The position numbers and the translations under genes are program-made. A stretch of 64,000 nt of DNA from an uncultured Verrucomicrobiae bacterium (GTDB lineage: Bacteria > Verrucomicrobiota > Verrucomicrobiia > Limisphaerales > JAFGQR01), in the NCBI GenBank assembly GCA_963788655.1, contig CAWBHS010000062.1, forward strand, positions 96,001 through 160,000. The letters are read 5' to 3'. This document shows positions 61,396 through 64,000 of the stretch, piece after piece (the stretch's first letter is position 1; each line of letters opens with the position of its first letter). The notes beneath the pieces were generated by a model that had not been told where the DNA came from, ran no database searches, and worked only from the letters and a program-made list of their open reading frames with translations.

Positions 61396-62340
61396 TCAAC
61401 TGGTGCGCCCACCATTAAATTCAAACAGCGAAGTCACGGATGAATTCTTATGGATCCGCTTGATGGCTTCGCCCAACAGTTCCGCCACCGACAGGGTCGT
61501 AATGCGCACCCCTTCAATCGCAGGGCGGAGGACAGTATCAGTCGTAATCAGTTCGTCAATCTTTGATTTTCGAAGTCGCTCGATTCCCATGTCGTTTAGC
61601 AGAGTGTGCGACACGCAGGCGAGGATATTCTTTGCCCCGCGGCGTTTGAGCAAATCAGCCGCTTGAGTCAGCGTGCCTGCTGTCTCGGTCAGATCGTCCA
61701 CCATGAGCACGTTTTTGCCCCGGATTTCGCCGATAATCGCCATCGATTCGACTTCGGTGGCGTTTTTACGGCGTTTGGCCACGATGGCCAATCCGGCTTC
61801 CAGCACTTGGGAGTAGGCATGGGCCATTTTCAATCCCCCCACGTCCGGGCTGACCACCACCAGGTCGCGCAAGCCCTTTTCTTTCAAATACTCATACATG
61901 ACCGGCGCGGCATACAGATGGTCCACCGGAATATCAAAAAAGCCTTGAATCTGCTGGGCATGAAGATCCATGGTCAGGGCCCGGTTGGCCCCGGCGGCCA
62001 CCAGCAAATTGGCCACCAACTTGGCAGTAATCGGCACGCGGGGCTGATCCTTGCGGTCCTGGCGCGCATAACCGTAAAACGGCAGCACCGCGGTGATGCG
62101 GGAAGCGCTGGCCCGGCGCAACGCGTCCATCATGATGAACAATTCCATCAAGTTGTGGTTCGTGGGCGGGCTGGTGGACTGCAGGATAAACACGTCTTCG
62201 CCGCGCACGTTTTCCTCGATCTTGACGAAGGTTTCGCCGTCGGGAAACGCGCTGACCGTGCATTTGCCCAGCGGAATGCCAATCGACGCCGCGATGGCCT
62301 TGGCCAAAGGCAGATTCGAATTGCCGCTAAAGACTTTCAC
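61396..62340 (-). CDS. prs: Ribose-phosphate pyrophosphokinase
   Basis: FPDGE, YARQDRK, DLHAQQIQGFF, VSPDVGG, VDDLTETAGT. Confidence 0.97.
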   Translation of the reverse strand: MKVFSGNSNLPLAKAIAASIGIPLGKCTVSAFPDGETFVKIEENVRGEDVFILQSTSPPTNHNLMELFIMMDALRRASASRITAVLPFYGYARQDRKDQPRVPITAKLVANLLVAAGANRALTMDLHAQQIQGFFDIPVDHLYAAPVMYEYLKEKGLRDLVVVSPDVGGLKMAHAYSQVLEAGLAIVAKRRKNATEVESMAIIGEIRGKNVLMVDDLTETAGTLTQAADLLKRRGAKNILACVSHTLLNDMGIERLRKSKIDELITTDTVLRPAIEGVRITTLSVAELLGEAIKRIHKNSSVTSLFEFNGGRTS

Positions 62341-62706
62341 GCAAATTGTTTGGTTGCCGGATTCAAGACAAAAGCCACCTCAATGGTGGAGGAAACAAGG
62401 GCGTGAATGTAGCAACGAAGCTTGCCGACGCAAGCGGAATTTTAGATTCGTGCTGAATGAATATTGCGAGGCATAGCCGGAGCCCAGCCCCGCATAAACC
62501 TGCAGCGCCTTGCCTTTCACGAGTCGCTGATGGTTGGAACCGGAGACATGAAGGCCGAGGGGTTTGGATACTGCGACTGCGCTTCGGTCTTGCTGGGTGG
62601 GTTGAAATCGCCAACGTGCGCCGGACTTTCTGGGCTGGTCAAAGTTCCTCAACCGGCCTTAAATTTGCTTCCATCGTTTGAGTTATCCGGCAATACGCGG
62701 TCACTA

Positions 62707-64000
62707 ATGCAGCTTTCAGATCGAGTGCGAAATGTTTTGGGCTACGCCATGATCATCAATCTGGCGGTGGCCTTGGTGTTTGCGGTCGTGGCCTTTGGCG
62801 CCACCACCATTGACTTGGTGGCGGTGGTGTATGCGCTGGCCATGCTCCTGGCATTGCTGTGGGCCACGAAATTGGTGCTGGCCCGGAGTGTCTCGTGGAA
62901 ACGGTCGCCCATGCACTGGCCGGTGGTGGCGTTCACCCTCTACGCGCTGATTCGCTACTTCACATCCACGTTCGAGTACCCCGCTCGCCTCGAATTGTTC
63001 CAAGTGATGCTGTGCGCGTTTATCTATTTCGCCGCCGCCAACAACTTTTATCACAAACGCGACCGGATGATTTTGCTCAACGTGCTGGTCATCCTGGCGA
63101 TCCTCGAATCCGGCTACGCGCTTTGGCAATTCTATACCCATGCCGAAAAGGTCTTGCACATTGTGCGTCCGGAAATCTATCAAAACCGGGGCAGCGGAAC
63201 GTTCATTTGTCCCAATCATCTGGCCGGATTCCTGGGGATCGTGCTGGGTTTGGTGCTGGCTTATATCGCCATTCGCCGAGGCCGGGGCCGTTCGGTGGAA
63301 CGGTCCACTTTGTTGAAAGTGTATCTCATTTACGCGGCGGTGGTCTTTATGGGCGGCATGTTGGCGACGCTGTCCCGGGCGGGTTGGATTTCCACCATGA
63401 TTGGCGTGATGGTGGTGCTCCTGTGGGGCGACTGGCGGCAACGGGCCATGTGGCCGCGCATCGCCGTGGCGGTGGTGGCCGTCGTCACGTTGATCGTCGT
63501 GGCCGCGCGGGTCGAGAAGGTGCGCGAGTACATTACCTACACCTTCAGTCCCCAACGGGCCCAGCCACACTCGTCATTGCGGGATACCAGTTTGGGCGGC
63601 CGCACGCTGCTTTGGAAAGCGACCGCGTCGGTGATCGGAGATCATCCGGTGGTCGGGACCGGTCCGGGTTCCTGGCAATGGTATAATCTCAAATATCGAG
63701 ATCCGAGCTTGCAACGCCGGCCGGTGTACGCCCACAACGAATTCCTCAATCTTACCTCGGACTACGGCCTGATCGGGTTGCTGCTCGGGCTGGGGGTGAT
63801 TGGCTGCTTCTATTGGCAAGCCGGGCTGCTGACCAAGGCGCAAACCCCGTCGGACCAGCGAGCCTTTGCCGTGGGCAGTTTGATTGCCACCACCGTGATC
63901 CTGTTCCACTGCTGGTTTGATTTCGATCTGCACATTCTGGCTAACGCGCTGTTGCTCGCTACGCTCATGGGTTGCACCGCCGCCATGGACGATCCCAAAA
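62707..64000 (+). CDS. O-antigen ligase (Wzy_C) family membrane protein, 3' truncated
   Basis: Open frame from MQLSDRVRNVLG; multiple TM segments; RGSGTFICPNHLAG, TLSRAGW, GTGPGSW, YAHNEFL. Confidence 0.85.
   Translation, partial: MQLSDRVRNVLGYAMIINLAVALVFAVVAFGATTIDLVAVVYALAMLLALLWATKLVLARSVSWKRSPMHWPVVAFTLYALIRYFTSTFEYPARLELFQVMLCAFIYFAAANNFYHKRDRMILLNVLVILAILESGYALWQFYTHAEKVLHIVRPEIYQNRGSGTFICPNHLAGFLGIVLGLVLAYIAIRRGRGRSVERSTLLKVYLIYAAVVFMGGMLATLSRAGWISTMIGVMVVLLWGDWRQRAMWPRIAVAVVAVVTLIVVAARVEKVREYITYTFSPQRAQPHSSLRDTSLGGRTLLWKATASVIGDHPVVGTGPGSWQWYNLKYRDPSLQRRPVYAHNEFLNLTSDYGLIGLLLGLGVIGCFYWQAGLLTKAQTPSDQRAFAVGSLIATTVILFHCWFDFDLHILANALLLATLMGCTAAMDDPK

Noticed and set aside
62340..62706. 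tRNA upstream of prs
   Set aside because: No cloverleaf or TTCGA T-loop with matching stems found by eye.

Overview
GC-rich bacterial chromosomal window, most consistent with Verrucomicrobiota (Limisphaerales/Pedosphaera-like). Supporting traits are a PEP-CTERM protein, Tat-exported Gfo/Idh/MocA oxidoreductases with a HEAT-repeat partner, many secreted proteins carrying a '..W.....FYR' small domain, and prs-rplY-pth-rpsF-ssb-rplI without rpsR. Single-base indels even in essential genes (rpsF, rplI, pth) indicate error-prone consensus sequence. The left ~26 kb is carbohydrate-related and secreted: a disrupted giant protein ending in a PL7 alginate-lyase domain, a modular FAD oxidoreductase, and two CBM-bearing glycoside hydrolases. 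The right part is mostly housekeeping (purH, proC, mlaEFD-like, ROK kinase, tandem tmk pair, ribosomal genes). Intergenic DNA is dense in palindromic REP-like elements of many families, plus two MITEs with shared termini. The most striking feature is a ~2 kb lower-GC island (26418-28410). In it, three short copies of the 3' tail of a type I R-M specificity gene (hsdS) alternate with a TIR-domain gene and an HhH-type glycosylase-like gene, mostly chained by ATGA stop/start overlaps. No intact hsdR/M/S is present in the window. It looks like an hsdS-tail-delimited defence-gene cassette array.
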